A stretch of DNA of 61,353 nucleotides from Hyphomicrobiales bacterium. Its GTDB lineage: Bacteria; Pseudomonadota; Alphaproteobacteria; Rhizobiales; Beijerinckiaceae. The stretch lies in assembly GCA_003164915.1 (NCBI GenBank), contig PLRT01000178.1:1-61353 (forward strand), in the 5' to 3' direction. The translations under genes were made by a program, and so were the position numbers. The notes below the pieces were generated by a model that ran no database searches, was not told where the DNA came from, and was given only the letters and a program-made list of their open reading frames with translations. This document shows, in pieces, positions 37,567 through 46,985 of the stretch. Every line of letters begins with the position of its first letter. Position 1 is the first letter of the stretch.

Positions 37567-38403
37567 TTACAATCCAGCGGCGATGCCGGGCGCTCTTATG
37601 TTGGAAGGGAATGTCTCGGCCGTCTTCTGTCGGTAGGCTTGCCATTCCGGCTCATTCTGGAACACCCACTCGTAATAGTCGCGCTGGGTGAGCGCGCCGG
37701 CGGCGTCCTGATCCAGGATAACCTTGCAATAGGGGTGCAACTGTATCGCCGATGCGCTGATCATGGCGGTTATCGGGCCCTCGACGGCCTTGGCGAGGAT
37801 GGCGGCCTTGGCCCGCCCCGTCGCGAGCAGCAGCAGCTCACGCGCATCGAGAATCGTCCCCACGCCCATGGTGAGCGCGCGCGCCGGCACACGATCCGGG
37901 TCGCCGCCGAACATCCCGGCGTTCTGGCGCCGCGTGGCGGGAGTCAGCGCCTTCTCGCGCGTTCGCGACATCAGCGCCGACAGAGGTTCGTTGAAGCCGA
38001 TATGGCCGTCTTCGCCGATCCCGAGAAGCTGCAAGTCGATGCCTCCCGCCTGCTCGATCCGCCGTTCATAACTTGCCACCTCTTTGCCGAGATCGGACGC
38101 CATGCCGTCGAGCAGATGGGTATTGGTCTTCACGATGTTGATCTTGTCGAACAGGCGTCCGTCCATGTAGCGGCGATAGGAGTGTTCGTCCCGTGTCGGT
38201 ACGCCGACATATTCGTCGAGGTTGAAGGTGCGGCAGCGCGAGAAATCCACGCCCAGGGTCGCGAGCCGTTGGTAGACCGCCTCCATCGTGCGTCCTGTCG
38301 CGAGTCCCAGCACCAGGTCGGGCTTCGCCTCCACCCGGGCGGCTATCAACCGAGCCGTAAGCATCGCGGCGGCGTCCGCATCGGGTTGAACAACGACTTC
38401 CAT
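37567..38403 (-). CDS. nagB: Glucosamine-6-phosphate deaminase
   Basis: LGLATG.T, TFNLDEY, GGIDLQLLGIG..GHIGFNEP, TMGVGTI, ASAIQLH. Confidence 0.95.
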   Translation of the reverse strand: MEVVVQPDADAAAMLTARLIAARVEAKPDLVLGLATGRTMEAVYQRLATLGVDFSRCRTFNLDEYVGVPTRDEHSYRRYMDGRLFDKINIVKTNTHLLDGMASDLGKEVASYERRIEQAGGIDLQLLGIGEDGHIGFNEPLSALMSRTREKALTPATRRQNAGMFGGDPDRVPARALTMGVGTILDARELLLLATGRAKAAILAKAVEGPITAMISASAIQLHPYCKVILDQDAAGALTQRDYYEWVFQNEPEWQAYRQKTAETFPSNIRAPGIAAGL

Positions 38404-38406
38404 GCC

Positions 38407-39285
38407 TCAAGCTCCCGTATTTCGTCGGAACAGCGCGTCCAAGCCATCGCCCGCCGCAATGAATTGGCCTTTGTCGAGCACGTCGTGGAAGTCGCCGTCT
38501 TTCCAGCCGCGCAGCCGATATAAAGTCGCGAAGGTGAACTGCGGCGCCGAACCGCCCTGTCCTCCGACCAATTCGGCGCCCCGGCGCACGTTGTCCATCA
38601 TCCAGGCGGGCAGGCGCAGGTGGTAGGGGTTGCGCGAGACCTCGCCCACATGTTGCGACAGCGCCGCGACCAAATCCGCCAGATCGCCAGCCGAAGATTC
38701 GATCATCAGATTGGGCGAGTCCATCGCGCGCCAATATTCGGTCTCGACGACGAGGCACGCGAGCGTCGGCAACCGACGCATGGCGTCGACGACCAGATGG
38801 TGTGCGCCGACGTGCGTCGTGTTCCAATCCTCGGCATGGGGCAGGAAGACGACGCTCGGCCGCTCGGCGATCAGCACCTCGGCCACGGCGTCGACCGCAA
38901 GGGCCCAGCGTCCCGGATCGCGCGCGCGCGACGCCAGATTGATCCCTTCCAAACCGGTTCGGTCTGGGTTGGCCAGACCGAAACCGACGTAGGCGCAGGC
39001 GGCCTGCAACTCACGCCACCGGCCGCTTCGACGCTCGACCAAACTTCCAAGCGTCACGGCCACGTCGATCACGACGAAGCCGCGCTCGCGTAGCAGACGC
39101 AGCGGTAGGCCGCCCGTGAGCAGCTCGTCGTCCGGGTGCGGCGCGAACAATAAGGCCTTGGGCGCTTCGCCGACTTTCGACGAAGCCGCCGGATGCGTCA
39201 TTTTCGCCAAGCCGATCGCCCTGCCGGCGCTCAGCGCGGTCACGAACGTTTCGACCCAGCTTTGGTAAGGATTTTCGGCCGTCAT
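38407..39285 (-). CDS. PIG-L/LmbE-family Zn-dependent de-N-acetylase
   Basis: FAPHPDDE metal motif, R..E...AC, FLPH..D...TH. Confidence 0.85.
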   Translation of the reverse strand: MTAENPYQSWVETFVTALSAGRAIGLAKMTHPAASSKVGEAPKALLFAPHPDDELLTGGLPLRLLRERGFVVIDVAVTLGSLVERRSGRWRELQAACAYVGFGLANPDRTGLEGINLASRARDPGRWALAVDAVAEVLIAERPSVVFLPHAEDWNTTHVGAHHLVVDAMRRLPTLACLVVETEYWRAMDSPNLMIESSAGDLADLVAALSQHVGEVSRNPYHLRLPAWMMDNVRRGAELVGGQGGSAPQFTFATLYRLRGWKDGDFHDVLDKGQFIAAGDGLDALFRRNTGA

Positions 39286-40190
39286 CGCTTCACTCCCGCG
39301 GCGACCGCCGAGCGCGCCATGATCAACGCGCCTTGAACCGAATCGTAGCGCGCGGGCGCGAGCCGGGCGCGCAGCGCCTTCCCGAGGAAGGGCTCATAGA
39401 ATTTTCCCAAACCTCCAAGCATGCTGCAGGGCAGCGGCCGATGGCTCTTGGCGGCCAAGGCCAGGCCGACGCGGTCGAGTTCCGCGGCGGCGGCGCGCAC
39501 GATCGACAACGCGAGCGGGGTGTCATGCCCCGCATATTCGACGACCAGCGGCGCGATCTCGCCGAACTCGGTCTCGCGCGCAGCGTTGGCCCAGGACACG
39601 AGTCGTCCCTGATCGCCTTCGAAGCGAGCGTTCACCGCCTCGAGCAGAGGATCGACGGGCTCCCGCCCGTCCAGCCATTGCAGCGTCTTTCGGACGGCCT
39701 CGAGGCCCAACAGGGCGCCGCCGCCCTCGTCGCCGTGCGGGAAGCCCCAGCCGCCGACCCGGCTCTCGCGTCCGCCCTCGACCTGAAAGCCGATCGTGCC
39801 GGTGCCGACAGCGATCACGGCCCCGTCCTCACCGCCATGGGCGCCGAGGCAAGCGGTATAACCGTCCGACCGAACGATGAGACTGGTGAAAGGGTGCGCC
39901 ACGGCGAGAAAATGATCGAGAGCGATCGCAACCTCAGTGCCCGCGATCCCTATCCCGCAATGCAGACGATGTGCGCCGTCGTCCAGGCTGAATCCGGCCT
40001 GGGAAAGCGCCTGAGCCAGCGCATCTCGGATCGAGCGCCAGCTTTCCTCGACCGACAGGCGAATGTTGGCCGCTCCGCCGTGCCCCTGCCCGACGACGCG
40101 GCCCTTCGCGTCCTCGAGGCGAAGCAGCGTCTTCGAGGCGCCGCCGTCTACGCCGATGAAGAAGTCCGAAACGTCTCGCGCCGTGCTCAT
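39282..40190 (-). CDS. BadF/BcrA-type (ASKHA) sugar kinase, probable GlcNAc/GlcN kinase
   Basis: IGVDGGASKT, G.ANI, SD...ACLGAH.G.DG, GTG, GGWGF..GDEG.G..LG. Confidence 0.87.
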   Translation of the reverse strand: MSTARDVSDFFIGVDGGASKTLLRLEDAKGRVVGQGHGGAANIRLSVEESWRSIRDALAQALSQAGFSLDDGAHRLHCGIGIAGTEVAIALDHFLAVAHPFTSLIVRSDGYTACLGAHGGEDGAVIAVGTGTIGFQVEGGRESRVGGWGFPHGDEGGGALLGLEAVRKTLQWLDGREPVDPLLEAVNARFEGDQGRLVSWANAARETEFGEIAPLVVEYAGHDTPLALSIVRAAAAELDRVGLALAAKSHRPLPCSMLGGLGKFYEPFLGKALRARLAPARYDSVQGALIMARSAVAAGVKR

Positions 40191-41965
40191 GGCGCGCCGA
40201 TCCGCGGGGCGGCGGCCGCGCTTCCCCTGTCGAACGATTGCTCGATTTCTTCCAGCGTCTTGCCCTTCGTCTCCGGAAGAATGAAGGCCGAAATCAGGAA
40301 GTAGATGACCGTGCAGATCGCCCAGAAGGCGAACATCGCGTAGTAGCCATAATAGCCCACGACCGGAAGGAAAACGCCGGCCATCACGGTCGAGACGCCT
40401 TGATTGATGAGCAGCGCGATGCCCATGCCCGTCGACCTAATGCGCGTAGGCATGAGTTCGGATAGCGCGAGCCACACCACCACGCCCGGCCCGACCGCGA
40501 ATGAAGCGATGAACAAGCACATCAACGCCATCATCAGCCAGCCCGTCGACTCGGTCGAAACGGGTCCGAAGCTGGCGCGCTTGATTGTAAGGGCCGCGGT
40601 GTTGGCGGGATCGGGGGCAATTCGGAGGACGGGATCCGGGTCGGTACTGAGCACCGTGTCGACCTTGTCGCCGCCGCCGCCGCGATCGTAGTAGACGGTC
40701 AGCACCGACGATCGACCGGCCGGGATCTCGCCGAGGGCCGAAGTGGCCAAAGGTATCGCGAGTCCGCCCGCGCTCACGGCCGCCTGAACCTGGGCGCGCA
40801 CGTCATGGCGATCGGCCTCGACGCCGTGGAACACCAGTGCGGCGGCGGCCAGGGAGATGATGATTCCCGCCGTGCCGATCTTGAGCAGGAAAGTTCGACC
40901 CTTGCGATCGACCAGAGCGACGGCCACGAGCGTCATCACCATGTTCAGCACGACCACGGCGACGTCGCCGCCGGTCGCCATCGAGGGGCTCAGACCCGCT
41001 TGCTTGAGAATGACGACGAGGAAAGCCAGGATCGAGTTGATCCCGGTGGTCTGATTGAGACCGAGGATGGCGCAGGCCAGCAGGAACGGAAGCACGTACT
41101 TTCGCTGCAACAAGGAGCCGACCACGCCGGATGAAGACGTCGAGGCTTCGTCGATCGGCGCGTCGATTTCCGCCAGCTCCAGTTCGGCCTCTGCTTCGGA
41201 GCAAGATCGTCGGATCGCCGCGAGCGCCTTGTCCCGCTGGCCCCGACGCATCAGCCACCGCGGCGACTCGCTGAGAAAGAAGGCCCCGACCAGGAAGATC
41301 AGGCCGGGATAAACGACGGACAGGAACATTCCCCGCCAGGCCGCGTTCTGCGCGGCGGCGATGAGGGTCGCATTGCCGGCGGCCGCGGCGATCGCCGCCT
41401 GCGCGCCGTGCGTATAGGCCCATCCGACCACCGACGCGATCGCGATGCCGACGGTGAGCATGAACTGGAAAATGCCAGTGCCCGCGCCGCGGCTCTTCGC
41501 GCTCAGGCATTCCGCCAGATAGAGCGGAACGACGACCGCGATGACGCCGCCGCTCATGCCCTGCAACAACCGCCCGCCGAAAAGAGGCAAGAAACTCTGT
41601 GAGATCACGATCAGTCCGACGCTAACCACGAACATCAGGCCGCTCACGATCATCATCGTCTTGCGCCCGAGCCAGTCCGCGAGCAGCCCCGCCACGACCG
41701 AGGAAAGCATGCTGCCGCCCATGACGGCGGCGACGATGATCGACGTCTGAAGAACGGTGAGATTGACCGTCTGGTTGAGGTACAGCAACGCCGCCGCGAT
41801 GATGCCGACGTCGATGCCGTAGAGCAGGCCGCCCATTCCCGAAATGAAGAGCAGATACCAATGATAGAGTTTCTTTCGACCCGCGGATCCCTCGCGCTCG
41901 CTTCCCGTGGTTGAAGGCGGCCGTCTGGCGGGACTGGCGTTCGCGAACTTCGGCTGCGGGGTCAT
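40187..41965 (-). CDS. MFS sugar porter family transporter
   Basis: GGLLYG.D.G.I, DWLGRK, PLYLAE, ESPRWL, QTTGIN, VDRKGR, SELMPTRIRS, PETKGKTLEEIE. Confidence 0.93.
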   Translation of the reverse strand: MTPQPKFANASPARRPPSTTGSEREGSAGRKKLYHWYLLFISGMGGLLYGIDVGIIAAALLYLNQTVNLTVLQTSIIVAAVMGGSMLSSVVAGLLADWLGRKTMMIVSGLMFVVSVGLIVISQSFLPLFGGRLLQGMSGGVIAVVVPLYLAECLSAKSRGAGTGIFQFMLTVGIAIASVVGWAYTHGAQAAIAAAAGNATLIAAAQNAAWRGMFLSVVYPGLIFLVGAFFLSESPRWLMRRGQRDKALAAIRRSCSEAEAELELAEIDAPIDEASTSSSGVVGSLLQRKYVLPFLLACAILGLNQTTGINSILAFLVVILKQAGLSPSMATGGDVAVVVLNMVMTLVAVALVDRKGRTFLLKIGTAGIIISLAAAALVFHGVEADRHDVRAQVQAAVSAGGLAIPLATSALGEIPAGRSSVLTVYYDRGGGGDKVDTVLSTDPDPVLRIAPDPANTAALTIKRASFGPVSTESTGWLMMALMCLFIASFAVGPGVVVWLALSELMPTRIRSTGMGIALLINQGVSTVMAGVFLPVVGYYGYYAMFAFWAICTVIYFLISAFILPETKGKTLEEIEQSFDRGSAAAAPRIGAP

Positions 41966-42142
41966 TTGAGCGCCTCTGGGCCATATTCCGTTGACGGAAC
42001 CGACGGCAGCGCGCAACCGATCATTAAGCGAGGTCCGGCGAAAGATTCGGAATCTACCTATCCGTGTGGCGTCCGCTCCCGGCTCGACGACCGCGCCGCC
42101 CAGGTCCGCGCGTCGCCGCCGTGCTTTTGCGATTCGCATTCT

Positions 42143-42958
42143 TCACGGCTGGATGGACCTGCGGCCGTCCGTCCTCCCTTCCTTGGGTTGAGGCGGCTTC
42201 AGACGAACCATCACGATCTTCTGAGGATCGCCGACGCGCTCGCTGTCGACGACGCCCGATGCTTCGACAAGGTCGCTCAAGCGGGCAAACCCATAATTTC
42301 GGGGGTCGAATTCCGGCGATTGTTTCGCAATGTGAGAACCGACGCGACCAAGACTCGCCCATCCGCTTTCGTCGGAGACGTCAGCGATCGCATTTTTCAG
42401 CATGGCGAGCAGGGTCGCATCCTTGGCGTTCTTCTTCGCCTTCGCCTTGGCCTCTTCTTGCGCCGCAGGCGTAGCCGACGCTCCCCCCCCTGGCGCATTC
42501 AACACGTCGAAATAGACGAATTTGTCGCACGCGGTGACGAATGGACGAGGCGTCTTGCGCTCGCCAAAGCCGTAGACGGTCACGCCTTGTTCGCGGACGC
42601 GCGCGGCGAGCCGGGCAAAATCGCTATCGCTCGAGACGATGCAGAAACCATCGAAGCGCGCGGTGTAGAGCAGGTCCATGGCGTCGATGATCATTGCGCC
42701 ATCCGTGGCGTTCTTTCCGGTCGTGTAGGCGAATTGCTGGATCGGCTGGATGGAGTGCTCCAACAGACAGTCCTTCCAGCCGCCGAGGTTCGGCTTGGTC
42801 CAGTCGCCATAGATACGGCGGACGCCGGCCACGCCATATTTCGCCACCTCGGCCAGAAGCCCGGCGACGATTTTGGGGGAAGCGTTGTCGCCGTCGATCA
42901 GGAGGGCGAGCGTCGCGCCCTTATCGAGGTGCTGGTCGCCTGTCGCCTGCGTCGCCAT
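42143..42958 (-). CDS. NYN-domain (LabA/DUF88-like PIN) protein with C-terminal OST-HTH/LOTUS domain
   Basis: LIDGDN, RRIYGDW, GKNATD.AMIIDAMD, VSSDSDF, ACD.F.Y; C-terminal GWA.LG.VG......PEFDPRNYGF.RLS.L. Confidence 0.92.
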   Translation of the reverse strand: MATQATGDQHLDKGATLALLIDGDNASPKIVAGLLAEVAKYGVAGVRRIYGDWTKPNLGGWKDCLLEHSIQPIQQFAYTTGKNATDGAMIIDAMDLLYTARFDGFCIVSSDSDFARLAARVREQGVTVYGFGERKTPRPFVTACDKFVYFDVLNAPGGGASATPAAQEEAKAKAKKNAKDATLLAMLKNAIADVSDESGWASLGRVGSHIAKQSPEFDPRNYGFARLSDLVEASGVVDSERVGDPQKIVMVRLKPPQPKEGRTDGRRSIQP

Positions 42959-43214
42959 GCCGTTGCCCTCCCACCGGGTCCTTTATGACGAGGCGGTTTC
43001 CGCGCCCGCGTCTTTGCTGCCGAGGTCGATGGCGCCGTGCCGAGCGGCAGGCGTTCGATCCGACGTGAGTACTATCCGACACTACCGCAGCCGCCGCGGC
43101 TTCGACTAAACAATTACAGCCAATTGCGACGACCGCAGTTCCGGTCCGCGGGTTTCCGCCTCTTCCCGGCGTCAACCTATGCAAAGCGCGATCGCCCGCG
43201 CAACGAGGTTTCAA

Positions 43215-43790
43215 ATGCGCCACATTTCTCCACTCGCGGCCCTCATCTGCGCGGGGCTCCTTTCCGCTTCGGGCGCCGAGGCCGCCGGACGCGAAGGGTT
43301 TCCTCCAGCCCAGCAAGCGCTCGACAGCGACGAACCGACAATTGCCGATCCGACCCCGCGCGAAATCGTCGACTTCACCGGGCCACAAAAGCCGGGAACT
43401 GTCATCATCAACACGTCCGAACGGCGTCTCTACTTCGTTCTGCCCGGCCAGCAGGCGATCAGATACGCGGTCGGCGTCGGCCGGCCTGGATTTGAGTGGG
43501 CCGGCGTCGAACATATCGCCAACAAGCGCGAATGGCCCGACTGGACGCCTCCAAGCCAGATGTTATTGCGCCGCCCCGATCTGCCGCGTCACATGGCCGG
43601 CGGCGTCGACAATCCACTCGGCGCCCGCGCGATGTACCTCTCCGGCACGCTCTATCGTATTCATGGCTCGAACGAAGCGGACACGATCGGCCAGGCGGTC
43701 TCATCCGGCTGCATCCGGATGACCAACGACGATGTTGTCGATCTCTACGACCGCGCCAAGATTGGCGCGACCGTGATCGTCATGCGCTGA
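43215..43790 (+). CDS. L,D-transpeptidase (ErfK/YbiS/YkuD family)
   Basis: Signal peptide, ERRLY, RY.VGVGR, WP.WTPP, NPLGARA.YL, YRIHG.N, SSGCIRM. Confidence 0.93.
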   Translation: MRHISPLAALICAGLLSASGAEAAGREGFPPAQQALDSDEPTIADPTPREIVDFTGPQKPGTVIINTSERRLYFVLPGQQAIRYAVGVGRPGFEWAGVEHIANKREWPDWTPPSQMLLRRPDLPRHMAGGVDNPLGARAMYLSGTLYRIHGSNEADTIGQAVSSGCIRMTNDDVVDLYDRAKIGATVIVMR

Positions 43791-44130
43791 GGACTGCCGT
43801 AATGGCGATCCGGCGCCTTCCAAGCGAGACATGCTTCTGGCGGAAGAATAGTCGCATGAGCAGATTCCGAGTCTTGCGCGCCAGCCAACGAAGTTTCAAT
43901 TGCACGATCAAGACGCACGAGCCGTCGGTGAGCGCAGGTCGACTTGAAGTTCCCTGGGTTGGCCCGAACGCGGATCGCGCGCCGATCCGCCCGGAAGTAT
44001 CGAGGGACCACCAAAGCGGCCTCAGGCAAATGACGGCCTCTCACTCCCGCGGCTCCCAAGAGCGGACAGCCCCTCGCAATGTGTGGGTTGACGATCAAGA
44101 ACCAATTGAGAACGAGCACGAGGAACGGCT

Positions 44131-44289
44131 ATGACGATTCAGCTTGTCGGAAGCGGATTGATATGTGTGTCATTGCTCGCGGTCGGCTTTGACTTCGTCA
44201 TCCCTGTCAGCAGCGCAGTCAGCGCTTTCTGCGACCTCTTGGCCGTCGGATCGGGGGTCGCCTTCGTCGGATTGCTTGACGGCGCGTGA
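44131..44289 (+). CDS. Small hydrophobic protein (52 aa, two putative TM segments), not in ORF track
   Basis: RBS GAGGA, then MTIQLVGSGLICVSLLAVGFDFVIPVSSAVSAFCDLLAVGSGVAFVGLLDGA; its TGA overlaps the GTG of the desaturase ORF. Confidence 0.45.
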   Translation: MTIQLVGSGLICVSLLAVGFDFVIPVSSAVSAFCDLLAVGSGVAFVGLLDGA

Positions 44290-45428
44290 CGTCCGAAGTT
44301 CTCTCAAATCGACAGCGCTCGGATTCTTTTCCACGCTGGCTAGCAGACATTCACATGCCTTCCGAACGAAACATCACCGAACCTAGGCCCGCTCGAGGCT
44401 GGAATCCGTTGCTCGATCGCTACCGAGAGCCTGACGTCTCGCGCAGCATCTTCGAACTCCTGATCACCGCTGCGCCTTTCGCGGCGCTATGGGCGCTGAT
44501 GTGGGCGGCATTGAGCGTCGGCTATTGGTTATGTCTTCTGCTCGCTTTTCCGGCAGCCTGCTTTCTCATGCGCCTCTTCATGATTCAGCACGATTGCGGG
44601 CACGGGGCATGCTTCCGGCGGCGCTCGACGAACGACTGGGTGGGCAGAACAATAGGCGTCGTGACGTTCACGCCGTATGGCTTCTGGCGTCGCGCTCATG
44701 CGGCCCATCACGCGAACGCGGGCAATCTCGACCACCGCGGCATGGGCGACATCATAACGCTGACGAGAAGCGAATATCGCGCAATGTCTCCCTCCGCTCG
44801 GTTCGCCTACCGCCTTTACCGCAATCCATTTGTCATGTTCGGATTGATTCCGACCTACCTGTTCGTGCTGCACTACCGCATCCCTTTTGGCGCCATGCGC
44901 TCTGGAATCCAGCCGTGGCTCAGCACGATGGGAACCAACGCGGCGATCGCGGCGACGGCGGGGCTGATGATCTGGCTGGTCGGCCTTGAGTCCTTCCTTC
45001 TCGTGCAGGGCCCGATCGTGGTGGTCAGCGCCACGATCGCGGTGTGGTTCTTCTATGTCCAGCATCAGTTCGAGGACACGCTTTGGGCGCACGACGGCGA
45101 TTGGAGCTTTCACGAAGCCGCGCTTCACGGGAGTTCGCATTACGAGCTGCCGCCGGCCATCGCCTGGTTCACCGGCAATATCGGGGTGCATCACGTGCAC
45201 CACCTGTCGAGCCGAATCCCGTTCTATCGCCTTCCGCAGGTGTTGCGCGACTACCCGCAACTCGCGAGCGTCGGTCGCGTCACGTTCCTGCGAAGCTTGC
45301 GATGCGCAGCGCTCGCCCTTTGGGACGAGGATCAACAGCGACTGATATCGTTTCGAGAGCTGCGCGCCGATGGCCGCGGATGTCGCCAATTGTCAGCGAG
45401 GCCAATATCGGACGAGGCGGCGTTGTAA
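44286..45428 (+). CDS. Membrane fatty acid desaturase (DesA/Des-like)
   Basis: His boxes HDCGH, HAAHH and HHVHH, YVQHQFE, RIPFYRL; alternative start ATG 44355. Confidence 0.92.
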   Translation: MTSEVLSNRQRSDSFPRWLADIHMPSERNITEPRPARGWNPLLDRYREPDVSRSIFELLITAAPFAALWALMWAALSVGYWLCLLLAFPAACFLMRLFMIQHDCGHGACFRRRSTNDWVGRTIGVVTFTPYGFWRRAHAAHHANAGNLDHRGMGDIITLTRSEYRAMSPSARFAYRLYRNPFVMFGLIPTYLFVLHYRIPFGAMRSGIQPWLSTMGTNAAIAATAGLMIWLVGLESFLLVQGPIVVVSATIAVWFFYVQHQFEDTLWAHDGDWSFHEAALHGSSHYELPPAIAWFTGNIGVHHVHHLSSRIPFYRLPQVLRDYPQLASVGRVTFLRSLRCAALALWDEDQQRLISFRELRADGRGCRQLSARPISDEAAL

Positions 45429-45674
45429 CGACCGACGAGGCGGCGCTTCGTTGAAGTTGGCCCTCCCGAGGACACTCTCGCGCGCAATCGTCGAACACAC
45501 GCGGCAAGCGCAGCGGCTCGCTTCGCAAATTGCCACACGACCGTTTGGTCCTTGGGCGCGCTGAGCCGGACAACGCTATTCAGTCCGATAGGTAATTTCC
45601 GATTCTACCGCTGCGGTGGAGGACCGATATTCTGCAGCTTGCGCCGGGGCCGGGTGCGGCCAAGCGAGGCGGTC

Positions 45675-45947
45675 ATGATGACATACAACCTGATTGGAAG
45701 CGGTCTGGTCGCATTGGCCGCGCTCTCCTTAACGACAATGCGAGCGCAGGCCAATTGGGATCCCAGCGCGCGAGATGGAGCGAGCGGCGCTCAAACGGCG
45801 ACTTCGGAACGCGCTCCGACTCGAGACGGCGATGGATCCTGGATACCCGAATCGATCGAGCTCCGTCGTGGGCTCTGTGAGCTGGGCAACGAGCCGCGAC
45901 GTCTTTCCGAGCAGGATCTCGACGTGTGCATCCTCAGGTCACTGTGA
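45675..45947 (+). CDS. Small exported hypothetical protein
   Basis: RBS GAGG, signal-like MMTYNLIGSGLVALAALSLTTMRAQA, two Cys near the C-terminus. Confidence 0.5.
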   Translation: MMTYNLIGSGLVALAALSLTTMRAQANWDPSARDGASGAQTATSERAPTRDGDGSWIPESIELRRGLCELGNEPRRLSEQDLDVCILRSL

Positions 45948-46128
45948 GCGGCTCGGAGAGGTCAGCAAAAGGGCGGCCAAAATCCTCGACCGACCCGCGG
46001 CCGGCGTGCGACTCCATCGGTCCGCCGACGATGGAGGCCCTGGCGGGACCGCGCAGGCGCAATCAAGCCGAGAGCGACATCTCCGCCACCGCGCTGTGAG
46101 CGTGCGCTCACCTATTTGAGGAACCGAG

Positions 46129-46172
46129 ATGAAGATTGCCCAGTTGCTCAATTGATGGAGAGCGCGCCGCCA
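46129..46172 (+). pseudogene. N-terminal remnant of a GT4 glycosyltransferase
   Basis: RBS GAGGA; with one base restored it reads MKIAQ(V)AQLMESAPP, matching the MKIAQVAPL.ESVPP start of a GT4 subfamily; the expected YGGTER does not follow. Confidence 0.5.
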
Positions 46173-46557
46173 CCGACGCGGTTGTCGGTCTGCTGAACGC
46201 CGCTTCGATTTCCAAGGTCAAGCCAAAGCGTCCTGACTTGGAATATGGCGTTCGACGAACGCCGTCGGCAGCGCTGCCGCGCCCTCGACGGAGAGGGTCC
46301 GCCAGGGTTCAAGAATGGCGTCATGCGCTCGGAAAAGCTACTCGGACAGGGGCGAAGGGCGCGCCAGCGGCCAGCATGACCTCCACAAGGACAAGTCGCA
46401 TCTGCCATTAGCCGAAATGGATGGCTGTAGCGCACGTAAATGGCGCTATAGCCGAGGTCCGCGGCAAGTGGAGCGGTTTCGCGAAAATCGCCAATACCAT
46501 CTGCGACGCGGAAGCAGAAGGGAGATGCGTGAGACCGGTTACCACGCGGGCAATCTG

Positions 46558-46634
46558 GCGCAATTTTGTTCTAGCGGCGCCAATTTTTGTTCACACAGCA
46601 ACTTGACTCACATTTCCTGTTAACGTAGCGTAAA
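46558..46634. promoter_or_regulatory. Candidate regulatory sites upstream of bcsA
   Basis: Direct repeat GCGCAATTTTGTTC / GCGCCAATTTTTGTTC (46558-46592) and CtrA-like TTAA-N7-TAAA (46620-46634) in an AT-rich leader. Confidence 0.3.
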
Positions 46635-46985
46635 TATTCTAAGAACGGTTCCAACATGGGCATGCGCGCAGTTGCGGAGCGAGGCATGCCGGCGGCGCAA
46701 TAATAAAATATAGGTCAGTCGATGCGGCGTTATGGCGTCGTATGGATATGTCTATCGCAAGTGACGCTTTTTTGTTGGCGAATTGTGATCGTGCGAATAA
46801 ATGGATTGCAACCATCTGGTTGCTTGCTGTCGTATAATATTCATTAATAATGTCACACGGCCGTTATTGTCGCCGTGTACACGCCCAATGACGTAAAGAA
46901 ACAACGTGAAATTGTCCGGGAAGGAAGCTGGAGGAGAGCTTTCGGTGACAATTGTTCTTTGCGTTAACAATAGAGCGGGGCGCCA

